A DNA stretch of 64,000 nt from assembly GCA_964421975.1 (NCBI GenBank), contig CAYQZL010000003.1, positions 1,310 to 65,309 on the forward strand, written 5' to 3'. Positions 20,279-29,521 of the stretch are shown in pieces. Both the position numbers and the translations under genes were made by a program. This DNA is from an uncultured Rikenellaceae bacterium (GTDB lineage: Bacteria; Bacteroidota; Bacteroidia; Bacteroidales; VadinHA17). Numbering within the stretch: position 1 is the first letter of the stretch; every line of letters begins with the position of its first letter. Under the pieces are notes generated by a model. The model did no database searches. It was given only the letters and a program-made list of their open reading frames with translations, and was not told the origin of the DNA.

Positions 20279-22512
20279 GATCTCACCTCCCCTGATTTAA
20301 GATCAGTAATGAAAGTAACAAAATTCCCCCTCATGCCAGTACCTCCCATTATCGGGTCCACCAGAACCCTGGTAATAAGGTTGGTATCACTGGCGCCCTT
20401 GCCGTAACACCGTCTCAGTTTTTTCTGGTCATGACCAAAGCCATGAACCATATAAACGGAATCCCAGCGGATACGTTCCGTTACTCTCACCTTTATCGGG
20501 AATTCGGATCTTTTGCCATCCTGGTTTTGGAGGTAAACATATTGTCCGGTTCTTAATCCCCATTCTTTAGCTACTCTCGGGTTTACCCATACGCTGTTCT
20601 CATCCATCAGGTCTGTCAGGTTCGGATTATTGGCAGTCCGGCTGAAAGTGTGCATTGGAGCACGCCCGTAATTGAGTCTGTAGTAACCTTGCGGCGGCTC
20701 TTCATGCGGAGTGTATTTTGGCATCGGATCAAATCCGGCTTCCTCAATGGAGAGCGAGTATAGCTCTATTTTACCGGTAGCTGTATAAAACTCGACATCT
20801 TCGCCGGGGGCAAAATAGAGGTCGTCATAAGGACGATCAAAGGTCCTGACACCGGTCCTCTTCATTTCTTCGAGACTGCTTCCCACCTGCTTAAGTTGCC
20901 AGTCGAGCTGATCTTCTATTTTTTCAAAGGGGAAATATTCTATTACACCAAGTCTTTTCGCAAGCTCTCTTGCCATCCAGTATGCAGGTTTAGTATTGTA
21001 TGAGGGTTCTGCTGCAGGTGCCCTGAGGGCTATCTGGGGTTTCCGGTGAGGTCCTGTTCTGAGGTCATCATATCTCTCGAGGTATGTGCATTCGGGAAGT
21101 ACCACGTCGGCCCAGCCGGTTATTTCCATTGGCATGGTGTCAATCACCACCAGAAGCTGAAGAGCCTGAATAGCTTTCAGGGTGTTTTCCTGGTTTGGCA
21201 GTGTTTCTATAAGGTTTGTACCATTAACGATCCATCCCTGGAACTGACAGTGCCTGCTGGGATCAGGGACCGTGGCATCACACACACCGTTAGCCAGTAC
21301 GGTATCAGCCAGCTTGTACATATCTGGGAATTCAGTCCTCCACGATCTTTTAGGGACAGGATAGGGGGGATGGACAGGTTCCGGAAGTTCGAAACTCTCC
21401 GGCTGGTAGAATCCACCCCTGCGGCCCCAGGAGCCAAGCAACGCATTGAGGATGGCAACTGCACGCATACGCTGGGTGTCATCACCATACCATGTAACAT
21501 GTCGTCCGGGATGAACAATCACAGCAGGAGAGGCATTAGCCATCTCACGCGCAGTCTGACGGATTATGGTTGGATCAATTGTTGTGATACCATAAGCCCA
21601 TTCGGGTGTCATGTTTTTCACATGATCCCTGAGATATTCAAATCCATAGGTATATTTCTCAACATATGGTTTGTCGTAGAGTTCTTCGGTGATAATAACA
21701 TTTATCCATGCCAGCAACAATGCCAGGTCAGTGGCAGGCTTTATCGGAAGCCAGAATTTTGATTTACCGGCAGCGGTTGAGTACCGGGGATCGACAGTAA
21801 TAATTGTAGCACCTTTGTCAATAGCATCAGACATTTCCTGTACCTGGCCGTTGTGCATGTTTTCACCGATATGGCTGCCTATCAGGACCAGGCATCTGGT
21901 ATCGCGTATATCAGTTCGTTCAGGGCTCTCAATTGTTTCACCGAAAGTTGCCTGGAAAGCCACTTCGCGCGGACCTCTGCACTGTGCATAAGATGGTGCT
22001 GCAACGTGAGGTGACCCAAGAGCACGAAGAAGGGTTGTAAAATATTTACCTCCCGATCCGTGAGTGAAGAGGGCGAGACATTCAGGACCATGTTCAGCAG
22101 ATATAATCTTTATTTTTTCAGCGATATAGTCAAATGCTTCATCCCATGTAGCCTCCCGGAAGCTCTGTCTGCCACGCTCTTCGGTCCGTATAAGAGGTGT
22201 TCGAAGCCGGTCTTCATCATAATACATCCCTATTCCTCCTGTACCACGAGGGCAGAAACGGCCATTGCAGTTGAGATCTTCATTGTTCCCAATAATCTTC
22301 TTTATTGCTCCCTTCTCATCCTTGTAGACCCACCCGGCACATTTCCAGAAACAGATCTCACAATATGTCGGGGTACGACCGGTCAGCACAGCTCCTGCTG
22401 CCTTTTGTGCTGTATTGCGTTCATTGCCAAGCAATTTCATGCCTGCTGTTCCGGCCATGACAGCTCCGGCTCCCATTGTTGTGATCCTGATGAATTGCCT
22501 TCGTGTTGCCAT
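20275..22512 (-). CDS. psrA: Molybdopterin oxidoreductase catalytic subunit, polysulfide/thiosulfate reductase type, TAT-exported
   Basis: Twin-arginine signal MATRRQFI and N-terminal CxxCxxxC...C FeS site (CEICFWKC...CPRG). The length (745 aa) also fits. Confidence 0.8.
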   Translation of the reverse strand: MATRRQFIRITTMGAGAVMAGTAGMKLLGNERNTAQKAAGAVLTGRTPTYCEICFWKCAGWVYKDEKGAIKKIIGNNEDLNCNGRFCPRGTGGIGMYYDEDRLRTPLIRTEERGRQSFREATWDEAFDYIAEKIKIISAEHGPECLALFTHGSGGKYFTTLLRALGSPHVAAPSYAQCRGPREVAFQATFGETIESPERTDIRDTRCLVLIGSHIGENMHNGQVQEMSDAIDKGATIITVDPRYSTAAGKSKFWLPIKPATDLALLLAWINVIITEELYDKPYVEKYTYGFEYLRDHVKNMTPEWAYGITTIDPTIIRQTAREMANASPAVIVHPGRHVTWYGDDTQRMRAVAILNALLGSWGRRGGFYQPESFELPEPVHPPYPVPKRSWRTEFPDMYKLADTVLANGVCDATVPDPSRHCQFQGWIVNGTNLIETLPNQENTLKAIQALQLLVVIDTMPMEITGWADVVLPECTYLERYDDLRTGPHRKPQIALRAPAAEPSYNTKPAYWMARELAKRLGVIEYFPFEKIEDQLDWQLKQVGSSLEEMKRTGVRTFDRPYDDLYFAPGEDVEFYTATGKIELYSLSIEEAGFDPMPKYTPHEEPPQGYYRLNYGRAPMHTFSRTANNPNLTDLMDENSVWVNPRVAKEWGLRTGQYVYLQNQDGKRSEFPIKVRVTERIRWDSVYMVHGFGHDQKKLRRCYGKGASDTNLITRVLVDPIMGGTGMRGNFVTFITDLKSGEVRS

Positions 22513-22536
22513 CTGAAAATATTAATTTCTGATTTT

Positions 22537-22544
22537 CAAAGATA
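22537..22544 (-). promoter_or_regulatory. Candidate Bacteroidota -7 box (TATCTTTG on the minus strand) for the psr operon
   Basis: It matches TAnnTTTG about 25 nt upstream of the psrA ATG. No clear -33 TTTG was found. Confidence 0.3.
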
Positions 22545-22837
22545 ACCTATAGTTTTTATGCCACGATTTAATAGAAAACGAAAGTATATTTTTTTTCAAT
22601 GCTCTCATCGTAAGTATGATTTATATGAGCCTGATTAATTCATAAATAAATTAGATTTATAAATTGATTCGTCCATTTTATTTTGCCTCAGGGGGGAGAG
22701 GAATTGGTGAACGACCGGGATTGTGTCAGATCACAAACGTAAAATTAAACTCCGGTGCTGTAATATTTGATTAAGAGGATCTGACAGGAAGAATCCGTAA
22801 GCTTTTATTATTTTTGATCTGATAAACTTATTCCATT

Positions 22838-24493
22838 ATGGATAATCAGGCTTTAATGTTGCTTGTTGTGGTGATCTATTTTGTCTTTTGTAACCTTTGG
22901 GCTTTATACCAGGGCAGGAAAGTAAAGACGGGATCAGACTACGCCATTGCAGGACGGAAGCTGCCAGGCTGGGCTGCCGCACTGTCCGAAAGATCGGCAG
23001 GGGAATCATCATGGGCTTTACTGGGACTTCCCGGAGCAGCTTATGCAACCGGACTTACCGAGATATGGACCGCACTCGGATGTGTTGCGGGGATTGTCAC
23101 AGCATGGATTTTTCTTGCATGGCGACTGAGAGATGAAGCTGAAAAGTATAATGTCTCGACATTTACTGCATATCTGGAAGCAAAACATGGTAAGCCGGGA
23201 AGATCCCTCCGGGCCATTTCAAGCCTTGTGATAGTATTCTTCTTCTTTTTTTATGTCGGAGCACAGTTCCTGGGTGGAGGCAAGACCTTTTATATCCTGT
23301 TTGGATTAAAACCCATTTACGGTGTGATAATAACCGCGGCTGTCATCATTCCCTATGCAATTTACGGAGGCTTCAGGAGTGTGGTATATATGGATGTAAT
23401 TCAGGCTATACTGATGATAATTACTCTTATTGCCGGTCCCGTTGTCGGGATTATTTATATAATGAATAATCCGGATGTCTTTGCATCAGGAATCCCCCAG
23501 GCACTTGCCAGATCGGGAGAAACCTATATTTCACTTACAGGAGCTGTTAAGGGTTTCGGTGCCGGACTGATAATTACCGGAGGATTCAGCTGGTTTTTCG
23601 GATATCTTGGAGGTCTGCCCCAGCTTAGTGTCAGGTTCATGGCAATAAAAGATGCAAAACAGGCACGAATTGCAAGGAATATAGGCATTATCTGGACGAT
23701 AATTGCATATATCGGAGCACTTTCAATTGGTTGGATCGGGCTGGCATTATTCGGACCCACCGGACTGACCGATCCGGAATATGTAATGCCCAGCGTAATA
23801 CTCAGATTATTTCCTCCTGTCCTTGCAGCGCTTCTCATTACCGGAGCTGTTGCTGCAATGGTATCAACGGCTGATTCACTTCTTATACTTTCGGCTACAG
23901 AATTATCGGAAAGCATATTAAAGAGGAAAGAACTGCCCGGAGAAGCAGAGGATCATTTACGGACTTTAAGAAGGCAGAGAATTACAACAACTGTAGTGGC
24001 ACTTGTTGCACTTGCACTTTCATATATTTCGCCGTCAAAACTGATATTTACAATTGTAAGCTATGTATGGGCAGGTATCGGATGTACTTTTTCGGTGGTT
24101 ATCCTTTTTACACTCTTCTGGAAAAGATACCATGGAAGAGCAGCTATTGTAACGGTTATCTCGGGTCTCCTGTTTACAATATTCTGGATAAGCGGTGGAT
24201 ATGAACAAAATTACAGGGTCACACAAAACAAGACCGACCTGCTTGTCAGTCAGCAGATCATTCAGCAGGATGATGCATTCAGGCTTATGGAGCTGGACAA
24301 TATGAGATTTATCAGCGCGGCAAAAATTGAAAAAGCGATCATTGAAAAAATCGACATGGCAGGAAGAGAAAATACTCTTCCTGTTATATCATCATCATTT
24401 ATTTCAAAAGGTATTCCGGCCCGGCTCATGACCTTCGTTTTCACATTGATTATAGCTGTTATTTCCACCTGGATAATTCCTAAAAAAGAGTAA
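22838..24493 (+). CDS. Sodium:solute symporter family (SSF) transporter
   Basis: Thirteen-plus TM helices and SSF-like N-terminal pattern (GRKLPGWAAALS...). There is an extra C-terminal soluble insert plus a terminal TM helix. Confidence 0.75.
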   Translation: MDNQALMLLVVVIYFVFCNLWALYQGRKVKTGSDYAIAGRKLPGWAAALSERSAGESSWALLGLPGAAYATGLTEIWTALGCVAGIVTAWIFLAWRLRDEAEKYNVSTFTAYLEAKHGKPGRSLRAISSLVIVFFFFFYVGAQFLGGGKTFYILFGLKPIYGVIITAAVIIPYAIYGGFRSVVYMDVIQAILMIITLIAGPVVGIIYIMNNPDVFASGIPQALARSGETYISLTGAVKGFGAGLIITGGFSWFFGYLGGLPQLSVRFMAIKDAKQARIARNIGIIWTIIAYIGALSIGWIGLALFGPTGLTDPEYVMPSVILRLFPPVLAALLITGAVAAMVSTADSLLILSATELSESILKRKELPGEAEDHLRTLRRQRITTTVVALVALALSYISPSKLIFTIVSYVWAGIGCTFSVVILFTLFWKRYHGRAAIVTVISGLLFTIFWISGGYEQNYRVTQNKTDLLVSQQIIQQDDAFRLMELDNMRFISAAKIEKAIIEKIDMAGRENTLPVISSSFISKGIPARLMTFVFTLIIAVISTWIIPKKE

Positions 24494-24666
24494 ATTGTAT
24501 GTGAAATAAAAATTTTCATTTAAGAAGCCTTTCCAGATTCTTTTCGAATTTCGCATAAACCCAGGACATATTGCCCGGTGTGTAGTGCACCCAAGGGCTA
24601 TGTGCACAATATGGATGATAAGGATGATTGTATGTGCCGGCTGAAAAGATGTGAAATGCAGATTTA

Positions 24667-25434
24667 TTACAGATCAAGTATAATTCCCACCGGGCAATGG
24701 TCTGATCCGCTTATTTCTTCGTGAATGAATGCCTCTTTTATTTTTGGAAGGAAGGATTTGCTTACCAGGAAATAATCGATTCTCCAGCCAATGTTCTTAG
24801 ATCTTGCACCGGCTCTGAAGCTCCACCAGGTGTATCTTCCTGCCTGATCAGGATATAGGTGGCGGAATGTATCGGCAAATCCGCTTCCGGTAAGTCTGTC
24901 CATACCATCTATTTCCTCCTGCATATAACCGGCTGCCTTGTTATAATTGGCTTTGGGACGTGCCAGGTCAATTTCCTTATGAGCAACATTGAGATCACCG
25001 CAAATGATAAGGGGTTTTGTTTTTTCAAGATTTTTCAGATAACTGAAAAAAGCTTTATCATATTCCTGCCTGTAACCTAATCTGGCAAGTTCAGCTCCGG
25101 AATTTGGCACATAGACATTCACCAGGAAGAAATGTTCAAACTCAAGGCACAGTACCCTTCCTTCTGTATCATGTTCCCTGATACCGATGTCCTTTGTAAA
25201 ACTCAGAGGACTTATCTTTGAGATGACAGTTGTACCTGAGTATCCGGGTCTTTCGGCTGAATTGGAAAAGATATGATAATGGTTAAAAGGTTCAAGTGTT
25301 TCGGCAACCTGTTGTTCATTTGCTTTTGTCTCCTGCAGACAGATTATATCCGGATCCATCATCCGGATATCATTGAAAAAAGATTTCTTAGCTATTGCAC
25401 GTATGCCGTTTACATTCCAGGAGATGATTTTCAT
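24667..25434 (-). CDS. xth: Exodeoxyribonuclease III
   Basis: MKIISWNVNGIRA, LQETK and SDHCP motifs. The start is set at the conserved N-terminus. Confidence 0.9.
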   Translation of the reverse strand: MKIISWNVNGIRAIAKKSFFNDIRMMDPDIICLQETKANEQQVAETLEPFNHYHIFSNSAERPGYSGTTVISKISPLSFTKDIGIREHDTEGRVLCLEFEHFFLVNVYVPNSGAELARLGYRQEYDKAFFSYLKNLEKTKPLIICGDLNVAHKEIDLARPKANYNKAAGYMQEEIDGMDRLTGSGFADTFRHLYPDQAGRYTWWSFRAGARSKNIGWRIDYFLVSKSFLPKIKEAFIHEEISGSDHCPVGIILDL

Positions 25435-25594
25435 TATTTCAATTTTATAATTGTGTAAAAATAATGACTCTTTCTTCATATACCAATGAAATACAAAACC
25501 TGCTTTCAGAAACATTACATGTAGAACAGCAAATAAATGAGCGGCTCATGTTCATGACAATAGCTTTCGGAAAGAAGACCTAATTTTAAATACA

Positions 25595-26863
25595 TCATTC
25601 AAGTTCTTTGGCAATTGCCATTGCCGCTATTGTTCCGTCGGCTACTGCAGTGGTTATCTGCCTGTATTTCTTGCTGATCACATCTCCTACAGCATATATG
25701 CCAGGCATATTGGTCTGCATATCTTCATTGGTTTTGATGAATCCCCATTTGTCAAGTTCCAGCTTATCCCTGAAAAGATCAATATTTGGTTTCATTCCTA
25801 TGAAAATAAAGACCCCGTCGCTTACAAGTTTTGTCTTCTCGCCTGTCTTTACGTTTTCAGTTTCCGTAATGATTTTATCTCCTTCTTTCCTGAATTCCCT
25901 GGGCTCATTATCAAATAGAAAACTGATCTTAGGATTTTTAAAAGCTTTTTCCTGTGCCTGCTTATTTGCCGTCAGTTTATCAAACTGATGAACAATTGTC
26001 AGCTTGTCTGCGAACCTTGTTATATATTCCGATTCTTCGACGGCAGAATTTCCGCCTCCTATTACAAGTACTTCCTTGTCATTGAAATATTTGGCATCGC
26101 AGGTTGCACAATAGGAGATACCTTTTCCCCTGAGTTCCTTCTCTCCTGCAGCACCGGTCAGGTTGGGCGTCGTACCTGTCGCAATCACGATTCTTTTTGC
26201 TTTTATTGTTTCATACTCATCAATTACGACCTGCTTATTGTCCAGATCTACATTAGTTACATCCACTGCTACTTTATAGACTGTACCACAAAGTTTTGTC
26301 TGTTCGCTCATGTTGTGAGATAAGAGGAATCCAGGCTGAGGTTCTATGAAGCCTGGATAATTTGATACCTGGTGGGTTGACGCCACATTACCTCCTGGTA
26401 ATGCAAGATCGATGAGGACGGTATTTATTTTTGACTGGCAGAGATACAATCCTGCTGTAAGACCTCCCGGGCCGGCTCCAAGGATAATTACATCAAACTC
26501 AGAGACAACCGGTTTTATCTGAGACTTAATTTCTTTTACTCTTTGAGGGCTTAACATTGAGTCGAGATTGTTAATAATCTCGCCTCTCTTTATACCGCCG
26601 CTGAGTCTGGAAGAAACCTCTTTCCCCTTATCATAAAACAGGAGTGTAGGGGACGATTTTACACCAAGCTTTTCTGCCAGGCTTCTGTTCTGCTGGCGGA
26701 ATATCTTCAGGAATTTAATATCATTCCCGTATAATTCTGCAAGATTCCCGAATTTAGAAGCAAGTGCTTCACAAGGCGGGCATTCGGTTGAATAGAAATC
26801 CAGTATTACTTTATCACCTTTTAAAACTTCGACATCAAATTCTTCAGCTGTAATTTCTTTCAT
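25595..26863 (-). CDS. Thioredoxin-domain::thioredoxin-reductase fusion protein
   Basis: N-terminal Trx fold with CPPC. It is followed by GAGPGGLTAG (FAD), redox CATC, GGGNSAVEE (NADPH) and GDV. Confidence 0.85.
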   Translation of the reverse strand: MKEITAEEFDVEVLKGDKVILDFYSTECPPCEALASKFGNLAELYGNDIKFLKIFRQQNRSLAEKLGVKSSPTLLFYDKGKEVSSRLSGGIKRGEIINNLDSMLSPQRVKEIKSQIKPVVSEFDVIILGAGPGGLTAGLYLCQSKINTVLIDLALPGGNVASTHQVSNYPGFIEPQPGFLLSHNMSEQTKLCGTVYKVAVDVTNVDLDNKQVVIDEYETIKAKRIVIATGTTPNLTGAAGEKELRGKGISYCATCDAKYFNDKEVLVIGGGNSAVEESEYITRFADKLTIVHQFDKLTANKQAQEKAFKNPKISFLFDNEPREFRKEGDKIITETENVKTGEKTKLVSDGVFIFIGMKPNIDLFRDKLELDKWGFIKTNEDMQTNMPGIYAVGDVISKKYRQITTAVADGTIAAMAIAKELE

Positions 26864-26865
26864 AT

Positions 26866-28197
26866 TTATAGTATTGATTTAAAGTAGGATGAAAAACCAA
26901 GTTCCATAAGTTCCTTTGCGGGCCTGCAATCGGGGGAGCATATTTTTCCTGTTTTGTTTCCCGCAACTGAACCACAGCCACCTCCGCATGCAAGCTGAAC
27001 GGAACAGTCTTTACATTCAGGGATTGAAGTTACATCGCGTGACTCCCATTGTGTAATTATATCTTCCTTTTTCGTGACTGAGGGGTAAAATGTTCCGAGT
27101 GATTCATCTGTTTTGCCCACGGTTGCCGTACATGAATAAATTTTTCCGGTATAGTCAAATGCCCACTCCGTCTTGCAGGCAGGACAGGAATCGAAGAGTG
27201 GTTCAGGAAGTTCTCCGTTATCAGCAAGAAATTTTGAGACAGAATAGGCTGGTTTATAAAATTCCTGAATATGAGGATTGGTTTTGATCAGTTCAAATAT
27301 TTTCTCATAAAGTGAAATCCTGTTAAAAAGCTTATCCGGTGATGACTGACAATGGTGAAGTTCATAATTCCTGCCGATCTGGGTTTTAAAATGCATGTTA
27401 GCGGTCCACCCTTTATCAATTGCGAACTGAGCGAGATCAGATAAGTTGTCAACGTTTTCTTTGTCAATCACCATCCGGAGATTGACATCGATACCGTTTT
27501 CAAGACAGGCATCTATTCCATTTACTATTTTTTCAAACGTACCTCCTCCCCCTTTCAGAAACCTCCTCCTGTTATGAACTGACTCAGTTCCGTCGAGAGT
27601 CACCTGGATTTCTCTTATTCTGCCTTTTCTTAGAACAGGAATATATTCTGTGAGAAAGTAACCGTTCGTTACAAAACATAATGAAAGGCCGGCTTCAGCA
27701 GATCTTTTTACTATATAGGTAATAAGATCCTTCTGATGCTGGTTGCCAAGCAGCGGTTCTCCTCCGAATATTGTAATATATTTTTCTCTGGCTGCAAATT
27801 CTTTTTCCACATACCTGAAGAAGGAATCAATAACCTCAATGTTCAACTCCTGTACTGGATTGTTATACTGGTCCTGATAACAGTAACTGCAGGCAAAATT
27901 GCAGCTGTAATTTGTCACAAAAAAAATCTGTATCTCTTCTTTCTCACGGTTATCCAGAAAATCGAGATATTTTCTGCGGTAAATCCTGTTTTCCTCTGAT
28001 TCGTCGGATAAATATCCTTTCATGGCCAGTTCATCAATAAATGACTGGTCATTGATTGTGCCGCCATTTTGCAGGATCTTTAATTTATCAGCATCGTCGG
28101 GTCCAAGTATATCGGCGTTTCCGGAAAGGATATTGACAATGAAATAATTCCCGGAATCCCTTATCTCAGAGAAAACATTATGCTTTGAATACTTCAT
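26866..28197 (-). CDS. Radical SAM enzyme with a complete SPASM domain and an ~95-aa N-terminal extension (peptide-maturase-like)
   Basis: CNFACSYC (CX3CX2C at residues 99-106). SPASM elements are CKTEWAFDYTGKIYSC (CX9GX4C), CKDCSVQLACGGGC (CX2CX5CX3C) and a trailing Cys. Confidence 0.85.
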   Translation of the reverse strand: MKYSKHNVFSEIRDSGNYFIVNILSGNADILGPDDADKLKILQNGGTINDQSFIDELAMKGYLSDESEENRIYRRKYLDFLDNREKEEIQIFFVTNYSCNFACSYCYQDQYNNPVQELNIEVIDSFFRYVEKEFAAREKYITIFGGEPLLGNQHQKDLITYIVKRSAEAGLSLCFVTNGYFLTEYIPVLRKGRIREIQVTLDGTESVHNRRRFLKGGGGTFEKIVNGIDACLENGIDVNLRMVIDKENVDNLSDLAQFAIDKGWTANMHFKTQIGRNYELHHCQSSPDKLFNRISLYEKIFELIKTNPHIQEFYKPAYSVSKFLADNGELPEPLFDSCPACKTEWAFDYTGKIYSCTATVGKTDESLGTFYPSVTKKEDIITQWESRDVTSIPECKDCSVQLACGGGCGSVAGNKTGKICSPDCRPAKELMELGFSSYFKSIL

Positions 28198-28200
28198 TGA

Positions 28201-28299
28201 TCAGTCATGACAACCGGCAATGGTTTTTGAGATTTTTGCACAGCACTGAGCTACTTTTGCTTTTAATCTGGCAGTTTTGTTTTTGATAAGACTTTTCAT
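28201..28299 (-). CDS. Unannotated 32-aa Cys-containing peptide MKSLIKNKTARLKAKVAQCCAKISKTIAGCHD (candidate radical SAM substrate or As(III)/thiol carrier)
   Basis: My own translation of the minus strand. The ATG lies 12 nt after the upstream thioredoxin stop, and the TGA lies 3 nt before the radical SAM ATG. The ORF fills the intergenic gap exactly. Confidence 0.55.
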   Translation of the reverse strand: MKSLIKNKTARLKAKVAQCCAKISKTIAGCHD

Positions 28300-28311
28300 A
28301 ATCAGGTTATT

Positions 28312-28779
28312 TTATTTGATTAACAATACTTCATTTATTGCCTGGACCAGACTCTCTTTTGGAAGAGCACCCATGGTAACCTGAGGTTTACCTTCAGCGG
28401 GTATAAACAGCAATGTTGGCAAACTGGTTATACCAAGATTCCCGGCAAGAATACTTTCTTTGTCAGTGTCAACTTTATAGACATCTATTCTGCCTGAATA
28501 CTCATTTGCGATCTCTTCAACAATCGGAGATAACTGTTTGCAGGGAGGGCACCAGTCAGCATAAAAATCAATTATCGCCGGCCTTTTCCCTTCATATTTC
28601 CATTCTTTATTTATGTCATAATTGAATATCATTTTTTTAAACGAATCGTTGGTCAGCATCACCACACCTGCCGATGGTGTTTTATTTACGCCAGGATCCT
28701 TATCAGATCCGCTTACAGCATTGCATTCAATTAATGTCAATGGGAGAGTAAGTACCAAAAAAAGCAAAAATTTTTTCAT
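28312..28779 (-). CDS. Secreted/anchored thioredoxin
   Basis: N-terminal signal peptide and a WCPPC active site in a Trx fold. Confidence 0.85.
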   Translation of the reverse strand: MKKFLLFLVLTLPLTLIECNAVSGSDKDPGVNKTPSAGVVMLTNDSFKKMIFNYDINKEWKYEGKRPAIIDFYADWCPPCKQLSPIVEEIANEYSGRIDVYKVDTDKESILAGNLGITSLPTLLFIPAEGKPQVTMGALPKESLVQAINEVLLIK

Positions 28780-28797
28780 ATTATCTGATTTTATTTT

Positions 28798-29454
28798 TCA
28801 ATTATTCTTACCACAGATACAATTTCCTTGTGATTTTTTACCGTAAACAGTCCAGCTGCAAACAAGGACGCTTCCTTTTTTATATGGAGCTGATTCTTCA
28901 ATAATTTTGACAGAATCAAATCCTGCTGTTTCAAGCTGTCCCAGATATTCAGCTCTTGTTACTGCTCCTGCCCAGCATTCAGCGACCGCTTCAGGATCAT
29001 TTCTGTATTTATCGGGGACAGGTTCCAAAGAGAATATATCGCTTACCACGAATCTTCCACCAGGTTTTAAGATCCGGTAAACTTCATTCCAGACAGCCTG
29101 TTTGTCGGAAGAATGATTAATTGTACAGTTGGAAATTATGAGATTGATGCTGTTGTCATCAAGACTAATCTTTTCAAGAGGACTTTTGATGAACTTTAAA
29201 TTTTTTACTCCAAGCCGTTCAGCGGTATTCTGTGCTTTGCGGATCATACCTTCAGAAATGTCTATGCCGTAAACAAAGCCGGAATCGCCTACTGATTCAG
29301 CCATCCTTATTACATCCGTTCCCCGGCCGCTTCCCAGATCAACACATATCTCTCCTTCAGATACTTCAGAATAATTTATTGCACCTCCGCATGAAAGACA
29401 GCAGGAAGATTCGGCCAGGTCACTGTATCTTTTATTAATTTCGTTGTAATTCAT
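28798..29454 (-). CDS. arsM: ArsM-type As(III) S-adenosylmethionine methyltransferase
   Basis: N-terminal SSCCLSCGG, motif I VDLGSGRGTD, IISNCTINH, ILKPGGRFVVSD and ECWAGA. These match the cysteine-bearing motifs of characterised ArsM enzymes. Confidence 0.7.
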   Translation of the reverse strand: MNYNEINKRYSDLAESSCCLSCGGAINYSEVSEGEICVDLGSGRGTDVIRMAESVGDSGFVYGIDISEGMIRKAQNTAERLGVKNLKFIKSPLEKISLDDNSINLIISNCTINHSSDKQAVWNEVYRILKPGGRFVVSDIFSLEPVPDKYRNDPEAVAECWAGAVTRAEYLGQLETAGFDSVKIIEESAPYKKGSVLVCSWTVYGKKSQGNCICGKNN

Positions 29455-29521
29455 TTTTACTGAATTTCATTTGTAACGGTAAAAAATCCGTATCCCTATA
29501 TTTCCGGTTACAATTCCGGTG

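Noticed and set aside
21046-21762. 238-aa plus-strand ORF, together with similar ORFs at 19799-20407, 21689-21991 and 22060-22545.
   Set aside because: All are embedded antisense to psrA or psrB, which have unambiguous cofactor motifs. The translations are low-complexity, Cys/Ser/Pro-rich and motif-free. They are best explained by the higher GC content of this block.
22545-22837. Possible riboswitch or leader RNA between psrA and the SSF symporter (short hairpins TTGTG-N6-CACAA and GGAT-N12-ATCC).
   Set aside because: I could not recognise any conserved riboswitch core (Moco, glycine, cobalamin and others). The stems are short enough to occur by chance.
26866-28197. Whether the radical SAM enzyme is an ArsS/ArsL-type C-As bond-forming enzyme or an anaerobic sulfatase-maturating enzyme.
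   Set aside because: ArsS/ArsL-type proteins do not, as far as I recall, carry a canonical SPASM CX9GX4C/CX2CX5CX3C domain. anSMEs start almost directly with the CX3CX2C motif and sit near sulfatases. This protein has a ~95-aa N-terminal extension, no sulfatase neighbour and an adjacent Cys peptide. I cannot exclude these alternatives without HMM searches.
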